Shown: positions 18,915 to 29,531 of the stretch, piece by piece
Position numbering within the stretch: position 1 is the stretch's first letter
How the letters are laid out: each line of letters opens with the position of its first letter
Origin: Proteocatella sp.
Lineage (GTDB): Bacteria; Bacillota; Clostridia; Peptostreptococcales; Filifactoraceae
Length of the DNA stretch: 44,231 nucleotides
Assembly (NCBI GenBank): GCA_018060405.1
Contig: JAGOWC010000001.1
Span: 1-44,231, forward strand
Direction of reading: 5' to 3'
Translations under genes and position numbers: made by a program
The notes under the pieces: model-generated
The model's database searches: none
What the model saw: only the letters and a program-made list of their open reading frames with translations
Told to the model about the DNA's origin: nothing

Positions 18915-21275
18915 ATGATCCTGCTAAAAAAAATATTCAGGGATCTGAGGACAAACCGGGCTGCAAATATAGCCGCGACGGTACTTATATCCATAGCACT
19001 GATGATATTCACATTCATGTCGAATGTAAATGAGTCATTAAATCTTTCGAAAGACACTTTTTATAAAGATTCAAGCTTTGCGGATATATTTTCAGATGTA
19101 AGAGCTTTTCCAAGAGAAAAAATAAGAGCGCTTGCCTCTGTTGAGGGCATCAGGACTGTTGAAGGAAGGGTGGTAGAGGACTTTATAGTAAAGGATCCTG
19201 AAACCCGGAAACTTGCCGAGAGTAGATATCTGAGACTCTTTGCGGGCTCTGACTCTCTCTGCCGGTTTATAATCGAGGAAGGCAGACGCCCACAGCGTAA
19301 TGGAGAAATTGCAATAGATCCTATGTTTGCCAGGGCAAACGGCTACAGCGTGGGAGATGACATAGAGATAATCTATAATGGAAAGATATCGGTACTGTCA
19401 ATAACTGGAATAGGAAGAAGCGCAGAGAACATATTCACGACAAGGGATGTATCTGAGATACTTCCTGATAACAGCAAGTTTGGAATAGCATATACAGAAA
19501 TAGGACTGGCAGGAAGCCTTGTTGGCGACGAGAGCTTTAACAGCATTATATTCGAGCTTGAAGAAGGGTATTTGTTTTCCGACGTAAAGGATGACATAAG
19601 CGCCATACTGAGGCCATATGGACTGATGAGCATATATGAGGCAACTGATCAGCAGAGCAATTCAGTCATGGTTCAGGAGCTCGAAGGCATAGCGGCTGTT
19701 TCTACTTCAATGCCGGTAATGTTCCTGCTGATAGCAGGCGCCATAGTATATATAATGCTGAAGCGGCTTGTAGAGCTCCAGCGGGGTCAGATAGGACTGC
19801 TAAAGGCTTTTGGATTTTCGGATATGCAGATTCTTACTCATTATATAGCATATGTATCGGTAATGGGTGTTTCGGGAGCGCTACTTGGCTCACTTTCAGG
19901 AACTCTGCTTTCAGGAGTGCTGATGGTTACCTATGAGCAGTTTTTCAACATGCCATTTGTATCTGCAAACGTAGATATCAAATATATCGTGCTTTCATTT
20001 TTGATTGCACTTGTCTTCAGCATAATTACAGGATATCTGGGAGGCAGAGGCTCCGTGGAGCTTTCTCCGGCTGAAGCCATGAGGCCAAGAAGCCCTCAGA
20101 AATTCACAAAAAAGCCTGTAGCAGAAAAAATTGGATTCATAATGAATTCACTTGAGATGACAGGGCGGATCGGACTCAGAAATCTCGGAAGAAACAGATC
20201 AAGAGGCATATTCATAATGCTTGGAGTGTCCTTCACAGTAGGAATATGCGCTGTACCGTGGACTATGATGGGGCAGATGATGCCCATGATATATGAGAGA
20301 TATGATTACGTGGAGAAATATGATATAAAGATCCAGCTCAAGAGTTTTCGGGAAATAGACAGTGCTATTTCCGAAATATACATGAATGATGTAAAAAAGG
20401 CAGAGGCCCTTATAGAGATTCCTGTTACTTTTCGAAAGGACAATCTCAGCATGGACAGCGTCATGGTAGGAGTAGAACCGAAAGGAGAACTCTACACGCC
20501 AGTGGATTCCACGAAAAGACCAGTTGATCTAAGGCCTGGACAGCTCTCGGTTACCCCTAATATAGCTGAAAGCATAAACGCTTCGAAGGGAGATTACATC
20601 TATATAAGCTCTCCTCTTGCAAGATACCCTGAGGAAGAGACGAGGATAATGATATCTGACATACAGGAACAGCTCATGGGATCAAATGGGTACATGAGCC
20701 TTTATGATCTGGCAGAGATAACAGGCTATCCAGGCAGAGCGAACAAGATAATAATATCGGCAGACGAACAGGTACAGCTGAGCATAAAGGAAAAATACAC
20801 AGAGAGCCCTTATGTAGGAGGCATAACCATTTCAGATTCCTTCATAGCGATGCTGGAGGACATGATGGGTCTTGTTACAGCTGAAATACTTTATCTTGGA
20901 GTGATAGCAGTGGTAACTGGATTTGCAATAATCTATAACTCGATGATAACGGTCATATCTGAGAGAGAGAGGGAGATGACGTCGATGATGGTTCTGGGGA
21001 TGAGCGAGAAGGAAGTTTTTGACATAGTCAGCTTTGAGCAGTGGGTGCTTTCAATTGCAGGCATGCTGCTCGGAGCTCCAGTGACAAAGCTGCTCCTTGT
21101 GCTTATGATGAGCTCGCTTGATACGGATATGTATTATCTTCCTGCTGATTTTGACATCAGATTCTATTTGATGGCCATAATGGTCACTGTTATCGCCGTA
21201 ACAGTTGGTCAGATGGCCGCCTTCAGAAAAATAACGAAGCTTAATCTGGCAGACGCACTTAAATCAAATGAATAA
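18915..21275 (+). CDS. FtsX/MacB-like ABC permease with duplicated domains
   Basis: Two TM clusters, each with a large extracytoplasmic loop; QRGQIGLLKAFGFS, SPAEAMRP and EREREMTSMMVLG motifs. Confidence 0.9.
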   Translation: MILLKKIFRDLRTNRAANIAATVLISIALMIFTFMSNVNESLNLSKDTFYKDSSFADIFSDVRAFPREKIRALASVEGIRTVEGRVVEDFIVKDPETRKLAESRYLRLFAGSDSLCRFIIEEGRRPQRNGEIAIDPMFARANGYSVGDDIEIIYNGKISVLSITGIGRSAENIFTTRDVSEILPDNSKFGIAYTEIGLAGSLVGDESFNSIIFELEEGYLFSDVKDDISAILRPYGLMSIYEATDQQSNSVMVQELEGIAAVSTSMPVMFLLIAGAIVYIMLKRLVELQRGQIGLLKAFGFSDMQILTHYIAYVSVMGVSGALLGSLSGTLLSGVLMVTYEQFFNMPFVSANVDIKYIVLSFLIALVFSIITGYLGGRGSVELSPAEAMRPRSPQKFTKKPVAEKIGFIMNSLEMTGRIGLRNLGRNRSRGIFIMLGVSFTVGICAVPWTMMGQMMPMIYERYDYVEKYDIKIQLKSFREIDSAISEIYMNDVKKAEALIEIPVTFRKDNLSMDSVMVGVEPKGELYTPVDSTKRPVDLRPGQLSVTPNIAESINASKGDYIYISSPLARYPEEETRIMISDIQEQLMGSNGYMSLYDLAEITGYPGRANKIIISADEQVQLSIKEKYTESPYVGGITISDSFIAMLEDMMGLVTAEILYLGVIAVVTGFAIIYNSMITVISEREREMTSMMVLGMSEKEVFDIVSFEQWVLSIAGMLLGAPVTKLLLVLMMSSLDTDMYYLPADFDIRFYLMAIMVTVIAVTVGQMAAFRKITKLNLADALKSNE

Positions 21276-21288
21276 GGAGACTGATATC

Positions 21289-22521
21289 ATGAAGAAAAAA
21301 TACAAGATAGCTGCGATAGCACTGATAGTGATTATTTCTGCAGCAGCAGCGATCAGCTTCATATATAAAGAGGAAAAAATCTCAGTGTACGAAGTTGGAG
21401 AAAAATCTGTACTTAAGGAGACGGTGAGGGAGACAGGAATAATAAAATCGGGCAGATCTGCTTCGCTTTCGCCTTCATTTGACGGGACTGCCAGCGTATA
21501 TGTGGAGCTGGGAGATCGGGTAAAGAAGGGCCAGCTCATAGCAGAGGTGGACCCTGAGAATATAGAGAATGCAATCTCACAGATAAACGCTCAGATAAGT
21601 TCCCTGTCAGGACAGAAAAATGCTACGGGCATCAGCAATCCTCAGGGAAGAGAAATCGAAGTCCAGAAAATACTTGTAGAAAACACTAAACGCAGCCTTG
21701 ATAAAGCAGTAAGCGATCTTGAGAAAGCAGAATCACTGCTAGCAGCGGGAGGGATTTCAGAAAGCGAGCTTGAAGTCATACGCAGCTCGACAAAAGATAT
21801 CGAATCGGAGCTCAGGATACAGGAGAACAATCTCGCTGCCATGGAGAACAATTCTTATGCGATGAATTCATACTTCAATGGGCAGATACAGAGCCTGCAG
21901 AGCCAGAAGGCCGCACTGCTTTCCAAAAGAGCAAAAGCACAGATGCTTTCTCCTTTTGATGGAATAATAACGTCGCTGAATATAAGTGACGGAGGCTTTG
22001 TAAGTCCTCAGATGCCGGTTGCTGACATAAGCTCTGCGGACAACAAGACAGTTTTTTCTGAGATTGCGGCAAATGTAGCTGCGGAGCTCGGGGAAGGGGA
22101 CAGCGTCGAGATAATATATGAGACAAAGAACTCTGAAAAAACATTCCAAGGAAAGATAACCAGGATATCGGACTTTGCAGTAACGAGCATATCCAGTCTC
22201 GGACTTGAGGAGCAGAAGATGACTGTGGAGACATTTTTTGAAGGCATAGAGGATATTCCTGTGGGATACAGCCTTGATATCAATTTTGTGACGATCGAGA
22301 AGAAGGATGTATTCTCTATACCTAAAATGTGCATATTCGAAAAGGACGGAGAAGACCACATATTCAAGGTGGAAGACGGAAGGATAAAGACCCAGAAGGT
22401 AAGGACCGGGATTGAGACAGCCACAATGACAGAGATAATTGAAGGCGTTGAAGAAGGAGATGCGGTAGTGGCAGAACCGGACAACGAAAAGCTCAGAGAT
22501 GGAACACGGGTGACTTACTGA
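21289..22521 (+). CDS. Efflux periplasmic adaptor (MacA/HlyD family membrane fusion protein)
   Basis: N-terminal TM, lipoyl-like halves (VELGDRVKKGQ; SPFDGII), coiled-coil hairpin, C-terminal VRTG...EIIEGVEEGDAVV; AAGGAG RBS before ATG 21289. Confidence 0.9.
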   Translation: MKKKYKIAAIALIVIISAAAAISFIYKEEKISVYEVGEKSVLKETVRETGIIKSGRSASLSPSFDGTASVYVELGDRVKKGQLIAEVDPENIENAISQINAQISSLSGQKNATGISNPQGREIEVQKILVENTKRSLDKAVSDLEKAESLLAAGGISESELEVIRSSTKDIESELRIQENNLAAMENNSYAMNSYFNGQIQSLQSQKAALLSKRAKAQMLSPFDGIITSLNISDGGFVSPQMPVADISSADNKTVFSEIAANVAAELGEGDSVEIIYETKNSEKTFQGKITRISDFAVTSISSLGLEEQKMTVETFFEGIEDIPVGYSLDINFVTIEKKDVFSIPKMCIFEKDGEDHIFKVEDGRIKTQKVRTGIETATMTEIIEGVEEGDAVVAEPDNEKLRDGTRVTY

Positions 22522-22582
22522 TAAAAACATAGTATAATGATATAATAAATTCTAAAAATATATATTAAGGAGAAATGACATA

Positions 22583-23251
22583 ATGAAATTGTATCTGGTA
22601 AGGCATGGGGAAACGCTGTGGAACAGAGAGCATATTCTTCAGGGGCAGCTTGATTCTCCCCTTACACAAAAGGGAATAGGCGGCGCAGAAAAGATAAGAG
22701 AAGCACTCAGCGGAATCGAATTTACAAAAGTATATACAAGCCATCAGATAAGGTCGATGGTAACAGCAGACATAATACTTGAAGGAAGAAAAGACATATC
22801 ATATACAGTGGAGCCATACATCGCGGAGATGTCATATGGCCACTGGCAGGGAAAAACCATGGAAGAGATATGTGAAAGTCCTGAGTCTGAGGCTCAGTAT
22901 ATGAATTACTTCAGGCATCCCGAGAAATTCGTTCCAGTTGAAGGCGGAGAAAGATTTGAAGATGTCATCAAAAGAGCGGAGCTTTTTATAGACAGGCTGA
23001 GAAAAGAGCACGAAAGTGACGACGTGATACTTGCGGTATCGCACGGAGTGTTCATAAAGGCGCTGTTCGTGATGATAAGAAAGCTAAATATAAGCGAATT
23101 CTGGGAAAAACCGTTCATAACAAACTGCAGCATAAGCATATTCGATATAAAAGATGACAGCATCGAAATCCTGAGCGAAGTAGAGACATCACATCTTGGA
23201 GAGCATCAGGTCACTACTGCAGAAACTGATTATATTAAAAAGAAAGAATAG
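22583..23251 (+). CDS. Histidine phosphatase family protein (PGM-like)
   Basis: LYLVRHGET, QGQLDSPL, GE, VSHG, NCSIS motifs. Confidence 0.92.
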   Translation: MKLYLVRHGETLWNREHILQGQLDSPLTQKGIGGAEKIREALSGIEFTKVYTSHQIRSMVTADIILEGRKDISYTVEPYIAEMSYGHWQGKTMEEICESPESEAQYMNYFRHPEKFVPVEGGERFEDVIKRAELFIDRLRKEHESDDVILAVSHGVFIKALFVMIRKLNISEFWEKPFITNCSISIFDIKDDSIEILSEVETSHLGEHQVTTAETDYIKKKE

Positions 23252-23253
23252 AT

Positions 23254-24429
23254 ATGATAAATGAATTCATAATAAGAAAATTTGTAAAGAATCATGAGGA
23301 AATAAAAAACCGAAAGGTAATCAAATCATATGGATATCTCTGCGGAGCTGCAGGTATAATAAGCAATGCAGTGCTCTCGCTGATAAAGATAATAATTGGA
23401 ATAAATATAAACAGCATCGCCGTGATAGCAGATGCTGTGAACAATATTTCTGACATAGGATCATCTGTGGTAGCCATTATCGGATTTGGAGTCTCAGACA
23501 AGCCTGCGGATGAGAAACATCCGTTCGGGCATGCAAGGGCTGAGTATCTTTCTGCGCTTATCATAGCGGTTATGGTTCTGCTCGTAGGATTCAAGTTTCT
23601 GACAACCTCATTTGACAGGATAAGAAACCCTGAGGAAATAGCTTCTAATACAGTCACTCTTGTGATACTGCTGCTTTCCATAAGCATAAAGATATGGCAG
23701 GCAAATTTCTACACATCCGTGGGAGAAAAGATAAAATCCTCAACACTTAAGGCGGCAGCTGCAGACAGCAGGAGCGATGTGCTTACTACCGGAGTCGTGG
23801 TATTCTCGATATTCAGTTCAGGCCTTGTACCATTTCCAATAGATGGTTATGTCGGGCTCCTGGTATCAGTATTCATAATATATAATGGATGGAAGATAGT
23901 GACAGACGCCATAGATCCTCTCATAGGAACTGCTCCTGACAAGGATCTCGTAGAAAAGGTAATAGAGAGAGTAGAGTCGTTCGAAGGAATAAGGGGCAGC
24001 CACGACCTCATAATACACAGCTACGGCGGCGGCAGGAATATTGCCACTATACATGCAGAGGTATCGGACAGGATGAATATAGTGGAAGCACATGAGATAA
24101 TTGACAGAGCCGAAAGAGAAATTTCCGAAGAACTTCATATAGATCTGATAATTCACATGGATCCTATAAACTATGATGACATCGAAGTCAAGGAGCTTTA
24201 CCATGGAACCAAGTATATCATTTCTGAAATTGATTCGGAGCTGGACATCCATGATTTCAGGATAGTCCCTGAAAAAAACGGAGCAGTGATTTTTGACCTG
24301 GTTGTGCCTCTGACATATACGGACAGACAGATAGAAGAGACAAAGAAGCATATCAGAGAAAAACTGACGCTGAATTTCAACAGAAGCAACATAAAAATAA
24401 CAATTGATAAAAGCAATATAAATGTATGA
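23254..24429 (+). CDS. Cation diffusion facilitator transporter (FieF-like)
   Basis: ADAVNNISD, PADEKHPFGHARAEY, DSRSD, HDLIIHSYG, IHMDP motifs. Confidence 0.92.
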   Translation: MINEFIIRKFVKNHEEIKNRKVIKSYGYLCGAAGIISNAVLSLIKIIIGININSIAVIADAVNNISDIGSSVVAIIGFGVSDKPADEKHPFGHARAEYLSALIIAVMVLLVGFKFLTTSFDRIRNPEEIASNTVTLVILLLSISIKIWQANFYTSVGEKIKSSTLKAAAADSRSDVLTTGVVVFSIFSSGLVPFPIDGYVGLLVSVFIIYNGWKIVTDAIDPLIGTAPDKDLVEKVIERVESFEGIRGSHDLIIHSYGGGRNIATIHAEVSDRMNIVEAHEIIDRAEREISEELHIDLIIHMDPINYDDIEVKELYHGTKYIISEIDSELDIHDFRIVPEKNGAVIFDLVVPLTYTDRQIEETKKHIREKLTLNFNRSNIKITIDKSNINV

Positions 24430-24449
24430 TTCGAATCGGGAGAGAAAAC

Positions 24450-25613
24450 ATGTCAAAGATCGTAATCAAAAAAGAGATACTGGAAAGGGCACTTGCAAAC
24501 TCAATAGCGCTCTGTGCAGCAGTAATCGTGTATTTCCTTGTTCTGAATATATCGCATATATTCGCGGGAATCGGCAGCTTTGCACAGATGATGTCTCCGT
24601 TCATATACGGATTCGTGATAGCCTATCTGCTCAAGAACCCCATGAGACATATAGAGAAACTGCTTTCCCGAATGATAAAAGGAAAGAATTCAGGAGCTCT
24701 GACAAGAGCTCTGTCGATAGTATTTACGCTGCTGCTTGCACTTGTGCTTCTTACCGGGTTCATCTCTGTAATAATACCGCAGCTTTCAGACAGCATATCA
24801 ATATTCGTGTCAAACCTTCCTTCATATATGGAAAATGTAGACCGCTTCACAAAAAGCCTCATAGACTCAGTAGATTTCAACCCGGCAATAGTGGAAGAGG
24901 TGCTCTCTACGGGACAGACATTCATTGCAAAGCTTTCTGAGCTCATATCAACGCTTCTTCCTGCTGCAGTAAACGCTCTGCTCTCATTTTCAGGTAAGAT
25001 TCTGGATATAATAATAGGGATAGTAGTCTCCATATATTTCCTGGCTGGAAAAGAGCGATTCACGGCGCAGACAAAGAAGCTCGTGACAGCACTTATGCCT
25101 GAAAAAGCGGCAGCATACCTGATGGAAAAGGCTCAGCTCACAAACAGGATATTTTCAAAGTATATCTCAGGCCAGCTTACGGACGCAGCTGTGCTTGGGA
25201 TTATATGCTTCATATCCATGAGCATACTGAAGATGCCATACGCGCTTCTGGTGAGCATGATAGTGACAGTCACCAACATCATACCGGTCATCGGGCCATT
25301 TATAGGCGCGGTCCCGTCTATATTCATAATATCGATGGTAAGCTTTCCAAAAGCACTTGGATTTGCGGTTCTTGTGCTTGTGCTGCAGCAGATAGATGGA
25401 AATATTCTTGTTCCAAAGATAGTAGGAGATTCAACGGGGCTTTCGGGATTCTGGGTATTTCTTGCTATATTTGCAGGAGGAGGATTGTTTGGCATTACCG
25501 GAGTCATACTGGGGGTTCCAACTATGGCGGTTGCCTACAGCATAATAAAGGAAATAATAGAGAAAAGGCTCAGGTCAAGAGGCAAGCCGGCGGATACATC
25601 GGAGTACCTGTAA
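24450..25613 (+). CDS. AI-2E family transporter
   Basis: Multiple TM segments; IPVIGPFIG, QQIDGNILVPKIVG, GGGLFG motifs; GGGAG RBS before ATG 24450. Confidence 0.9.
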   Translation: MSKIVIKKEILERALANSIALCAAVIVYFLVLNISHIFAGIGSFAQMMSPFIYGFVIAYLLKNPMRHIEKLLSRMIKGKNSGALTRALSIVFTLLLALVLLTGFISVIIPQLSDSISIFVSNLPSYMENVDRFTKSLIDSVDFNPAIVEEVLSTGQTFIAKLSELISTLLPAAVNALLSFSGKILDIIIGIVVSIYFLAGKERFTAQTKKLVTALMPEKAAAYLMEKAQLTNRIFSKYISGQLTDAAVLGIICFISMSILKMPYALLVSMIVTVTNIIPVIGPFIGAVPSIFIISMVSFPKALGFAVLVLVLQQIDGNILVPKIVGDSTGLSGFWVFLAIFAGGGLFGITGVILGVPTMAVAYSIIKEIIEKRLRSRGKPADTSEYL

Positions 25614-25762
25614 AATTCGGGGAAATGACACAAAATTCATAATAGTGAAAATTAACCCGGAAATTCAATGTGCGTGACATGCGATTTCCCTATCGACAAT
25701 CCTTAATTTTTGCTGTATCATATAATCAGCAACAAAATTATTATACTTAAAGGAGATACAAC

Positions 25763-26839
25763 ATGAATCAGTCAAGACTTTCGAAAGTGCTGGAATTAAT
25801 GGGGAAACAGAATCTTGAGCAGATGCTGATCTCAGATCCGGCTGCAATATTCTATTTAACTGGAAAATGGATTCATCCAGGTGAAAGACTTCTTTGTCTA
25901 TTAATCAAGGCAGGCGGAGACCACAAATTATTTATCAATGAATTATTCCCTGTGACAGACGATCTTGGAGCAGAAAAAATATGGTTTAATGATACTCAGG
26001 ATGGAGTAAGCTTCATAGCAGAGCATACTGACTCTACAAAAGCTCTTGGAGTAGACAAAGTATGGCCGGCCAGATTCCTTCTCAGACTTATGGAGCTTAA
26101 TGGAGCTTCAAGCTACACTAATGGTTCAGAGATACTTGACAGAGTAAGAATGAACAAGGACGAAGATGAAAGACAGAAGATGAGAATTGCCTCTGAAATA
26201 AATGACAGAGCGATGGAAAGAATTCAGAAGGAGCTTGCAGAAGGCGTTACAGAAGTTAAGATGGCGCAGATCCTTTCAGGAATCTATGAAGAGCTTGGAG
26301 CTGATGGCTTCTCATTCAATCCTATTATAGGATACGGAGCAAATGCAGCAGATCCACACCACGACATAGACAAGTCCGTTGTAAAAGAAGGGGACTCTGT
26401 AATATTTGATATCGGATGTGTAAAAGATTCATACTGCTCAGACATGACAAGAACTGCTTTCTACAAGTCTGTATCTGAAAAAGGCAGAGAAGTATTCGAA
26501 ATCGTTAAAGAAGCTAACCTCAGAGCAATAGCAGCTGTAAAGCCGGGAGTAAGATTCTGCGACATAGATGCAGCGGCAAGAGACTATATAACTGAAAAAG
26601 GCTATGGAAAATACTTTACACACAGAACAGGACATTCAATCGGAATAGAGTGCCATGATTACGGCGATGTGTCATCAGTAAACACAATGCCGGTTGAAGA
26701 AGGAATGATATTCTCAATAGAGCCGGGAATATACCTTCCAGGCGAAGTAGGAGTAAGAATAGAAGACCTTGTGCTTGTTACGGCAGACGGATGTGAGGTA
26801 CTTAACAAATATCCAAAAGATCTTTTAATAATAAAATAG
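25763..26839 (+). CDS. pepQ: Xaa-Pro dipeptidase/aminopeptidase P (M24B)
   Basis: [38 protein letters not shown] metal ligands. Confidence 0.92.
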   Translation: MNQSRLSKVLELMGKQNLEQMLISDPAAIFYLTGKWIHPGERLLCLLIKAGGDHKLFINELFPVTDDLGAEKIWFNDTQDGVSFIAEHTDSTKALGVDKVWPARFLLRLMELNGASSYTNGSEILDRVRMNKDEDERQKMRIASEINDRAMERIQKELAEGVTEVKMAQILSGIYEELGADGFSFNPIIGYGANAADPHHDIDKSVVKEGDSVIFDIGCVKDSYCSDMTRTAFYKSVSEKGREVFEIVKEANLRAIAAVKPGVRFCDIDAAARDYITEKGYGKYFTHRTGHSIGIECHDYGDVSSVNTMPVEEGMIFSIEPGIYLPGEVGVRIEDLVLVTADGCEVLNKYPKDLLIIK

Positions 26840-26858
26840 ATTGCATATAAATAACAGG

Positions 26859-26894
26859 AATCTGGGATGCAGAAAATGCATCCTGGATTTTTTT
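26859..26894 (+). terminator. Intrinsic terminator after the peptidase gene
   Basis: AATCTGGGATGCA-GAAAA-TGCATCCTGGATT followed by a T-run. Confidence 0.75.
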
Positions 26895-26912
26895 AAACAG
26901 AGGGAGCATAAT

Positions 26913-27887
26913 ATGAATGTAAAAGTAATCACGCTGAATTCTTTTGCACTGGAAAGCGGAGGCGGAAATCCGGCAGGGGTAGTCCTTGATGCATCAGGAC
27001 TTGCAGAGGCCCAGATGCTTGAAATCGCAAAAAAAGTTGGTTTTTCGGAAACTGCTTTTGTGATGGAGTCAGACAAGAGCGATTTCAGAGTAAGATTTTT
27101 TACGCCTGAAGCGGAAGTTGATCTGTGCGGGCATGCAACCATAGGAGCATTCCATGCCATGTACGAAAAAGGCATAATAAAGCCTGGAAGATACTCTCAG
27201 GAAACTCTTGCGGGTATACTTTCTGTTGAGATAAGGGATGATGGCACCATAATGATGGCGCAGAACCAGCCTGAGCTTTCAGAGTCAATTGAGCCAGGAA
27301 ATCAGGATTATGACAGAGTATGCAGATCGCTTGGAATAAGCTCAGAATGCACGGGAATCAAGAACTATGTGGCAGATATCGAAGGAAATTCAATGACAAT
27401 GAAATATGTAGAAGGGCCTAACATAATGCAGAGGATGCAGGTAGTATCGACAGGGCTCAGAGACCTGATCATACCCGTAGAAAGCCTGGAGAGCCTTAGA
27501 TCCATAAAGCCGGACTATGAACTCATAACAGAGCTCAGCAGGAAGTACGACATAACAGGATACCATGTATTCACCCTTGAAACCGAAGATGAGAACAATA
27601 CAGCTCAGTGCAGAAATTTTGCCCCACTGTTTGGAATAGACGAAGAATCTGCGACAGGAACTTCAAGTGGAGCCCTTGCAGGATATCTTTATGAAAACAA
27701 TCTCAAGTCAAGAATAAGACTCAATGGAACGATAAACATGAAATTTGAGCAGGGATACACCATGGACAGAAAATCCCTGATAAGTACGAGCCTGGATCTA
27801 AGGGTCAGAGCCGGTGAAACTGCTGTAGAGGCGGTAAGAGTCGGAGGGAAAGCGATGGATCTTGAAGAAATTACAGTTAAATTGTAA
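26913..27887 (+). CDS. PhzF family isomerase/epimerase
   Basis: GGNPAGVV, GFSETAF, RFFTP..EVDLCGHAT, RNFAP..GIDEESATGT, EQG motifs; GGGAG RBS before ATG 26913. Confidence 0.92.
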   Translation: MNVKVITLNSFALESGGGNPAGVVLDASGLAEAQMLEIAKKVGFSETAFVMESDKSDFRVRFFTPEAEVDLCGHATIGAFHAMYEKGIIKPGRYSQETLAGILSVEIRDDGTIMMAQNQPELSESIEPGNQDYDRVCRSLGISSECTGIKNYVADIEGNSMTMKYVEGPNIMQRMQVVSTGLRDLIIPVESLESLRSIKPDYELITELSRKYDITGYHVFTLETEDENNTAQCRNFAPLFGIDEESATGTSSGALAGYLYENNLKSRIRLNGTINMKFEQGYTMDRKSLISTSLDLRVRAGETAVEAVRVGGKAMDLEEITVKL

Positions 27888-27894
27888 AAAAAAG

Positions 27895-27960
27895 AAAACC
27901 TGTGCAGCAAATCTTCAGTAAAAAGGACATTCCTTTCCTGAGATTCTGACACAGGTTTTT
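27895..27960. terminator. Long imperfect hairpin, bidirectional terminator between convergent genes
   Basis: AAAACCTGTG ... CACAGGTTTT outer stem with further CAG/CTG and AATCT/AGATT pairing. Confidence 0.6.
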
Positions 27961-27965
27961 AGATT

Positions 27966-29357
27966 TTAAGATATGGACTGAGACACGATTGCCTCAAACT
28001 GAGGGAGCTCAATATTCTTGAAATCCTCCCATTCTTCTATGGAAGAACATGACTCCGCTATTGAGAGCACAAAATTTGCGATCTTTGCACATACGGAAAG
28101 GAAATTATCCTCATAGATGATCTTGATTGTCCCCACATCTGCAAGCGCGCTTGCGATGGCAGTAAGTACATCATCCTTTATATAGGACGCGTCTGAGGAG
28201 CTGAATTTGTCAAATATAGGCTGATAGAGGTCCGCATCGGCATATCTGGCTTTTATTATTGAAAGAAAACGCTCAAAGTCATCTATGTTGCTGCCCGGCT
28301 CTATCTCAAAAAGAATCTTGAAGAACACGTTCCATTCAAAATCTATATTGATCATCTCAAGCAGCTTGCTTCCCAGGATTTCTCCAAACCTGCTCTTTGG
28401 CTTGAACTTGTGCTCGAAATATATAGGCGTCTCGAAATCAATGAACCTCTTGGATATGAAGTTTATCCTTGTGAGGAGCTCCAGCATGGTCTGGCTGGAA
28501 AGGTTCTGGTATACGATTTCGTTTTTTACGAATATATACTGGCTAAGGATGTCACATGCTTTTTTAAAGTCTATGGTGAACCCTATATTCTCATGCATCT
28601 TTTCGATGAATATGTCGTTTATGGATTTGGCAAGTATAAGCTTCGAAAACTCTTCGTTTAGGACCTTGTCCGGATTTTTCTGAGAGTTTGAGACTGTATT
28701 CATCTGGTTGTAGATGAGCGCAATCTGCCTGTCTATGGACTCGAGATTCTGATGGATAGAACTGAGCATATCTCTCATGAAGCTGTCAATCAGGAGGTAG
28801 CTGTTGTTCTTATATATTATTTCATGCTCTATATCAGACCAGAATGAATGGACAAGAGACTTTATCTGAAGCTCGAAATTGATTTTTTCACCGTATGAAT
28901 AGTAATGTCCGTCGACCCTGTAAATCGAGAATCCGTTCTTCTGCTTCTGAGGCTGAGGCTCAGCAAGATTAAGGTATATCGGCATATTCTTAAGCTCAGG
29001 GTTGTAGTACCAGCCGTCGACATCGGTTGATGAGAAAAACTTTTTAATTATCTCAAAAATATCATTTTCCTCATGAACAAAACGGCAGAAGATCATTACT
29101 CCTATAAGATCAGGAAGATTGTCCAGGATATCCTCTGAAGTCTCATGCTTCTGATAAAGCTTGTTTCTCAGAATCTTCTCTCTCAGGCTTTTGGATGATT
29201 TTACCCTCCTGTTGACACTCACGATGGGCTGGATATTTTCATGCATGAGCGCTTCGAAAAAAGCAGATAACTTATCAGATACAGATTCATAATGGGGCGA
29301 CATCTCTTCGAGAATGTTAACTGTTCTGTCAATAGTTTCAAAAAACGATAGTTTCAT
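27966..29357 (-). CDS. RelA/SpoT (nucleotidyltransferase-fold) synthetase-domain protein with long C-terminal extension
   Basis: RVKSSKSLREKILR, DLIGV, QKNGF, FELQIKS, FWSDIEHEIIYK; GGGAGG RBS before ATG 29357. Confidence 0.85.
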   Translation of the reverse strand: MKLSFFETIDRTVNILEEMSPHYESVSDKLSAFFEALMHENIQPIVSVNRRVKSSKSLREKILRNKLYQKHETSEDILDNLPDLIGVMIFCRFVHEENDIFEIIKKFFSSTDVDGWYYNPELKNMPIYLNLAEPQPQKQKNGFSIYRVDGHYYSYGEKINFELQIKSLVHSFWSDIEHEIIYKNNSYLLIDSFMRDMLSSIHQNLESIDRQIALIYNQMNTVSNSQKNPDKVLNEEFSKLILAKSINDIFIEKMHENIGFTIDFKKACDILSQYIFVKNEIVYQNLSSQTMLELLTRINFISKRFIDFETPIYFEHKFKPKSRFGEILGSKLLEMINIDFEWNVFFKILFEIEPGSNIDDFERFLSIIKARYADADLYQPIFDKFSSSDASYIKDDVLTAIASALADVGTIKIIYEDNFLSVCAKIANFVLSIAESCSSIEEWEDFKNIELPQFEAIVSQSIS

Positions 29358-29531
29358 GGAAACCTCCCTTTGATTATATTCTAAACCTATAAAATCATTA
29401 TATAACAAAATATAAAAATGTTCCACAGATATGGATAAAATAAGACTTACATAAGAATTTAACAACTCTTTTGATATAAACAGTAGCTTTAAATGTAAAA
29501 TTGATGTAAAATAAGTATTTGGAGGGATGAT

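Noticed and set aside
27966-29357. toxSAS toxin-antitoxin or defence-island interpretation
   Set aside because: Monocistronic, no adjacent antitoxin, host-like composition, no mobile genes nearby; a fused antitoxin cannot be excluded
29419-29438. Two DnaA-box-like 9-mers (TGTTCCACA; TTATCCATA on the minus strand) between the RelA-like gene and dCMP deaminase
   Set aside because: One to two mismatches each in AT-rich DNA; too weak to call, and not an origin-like cluster
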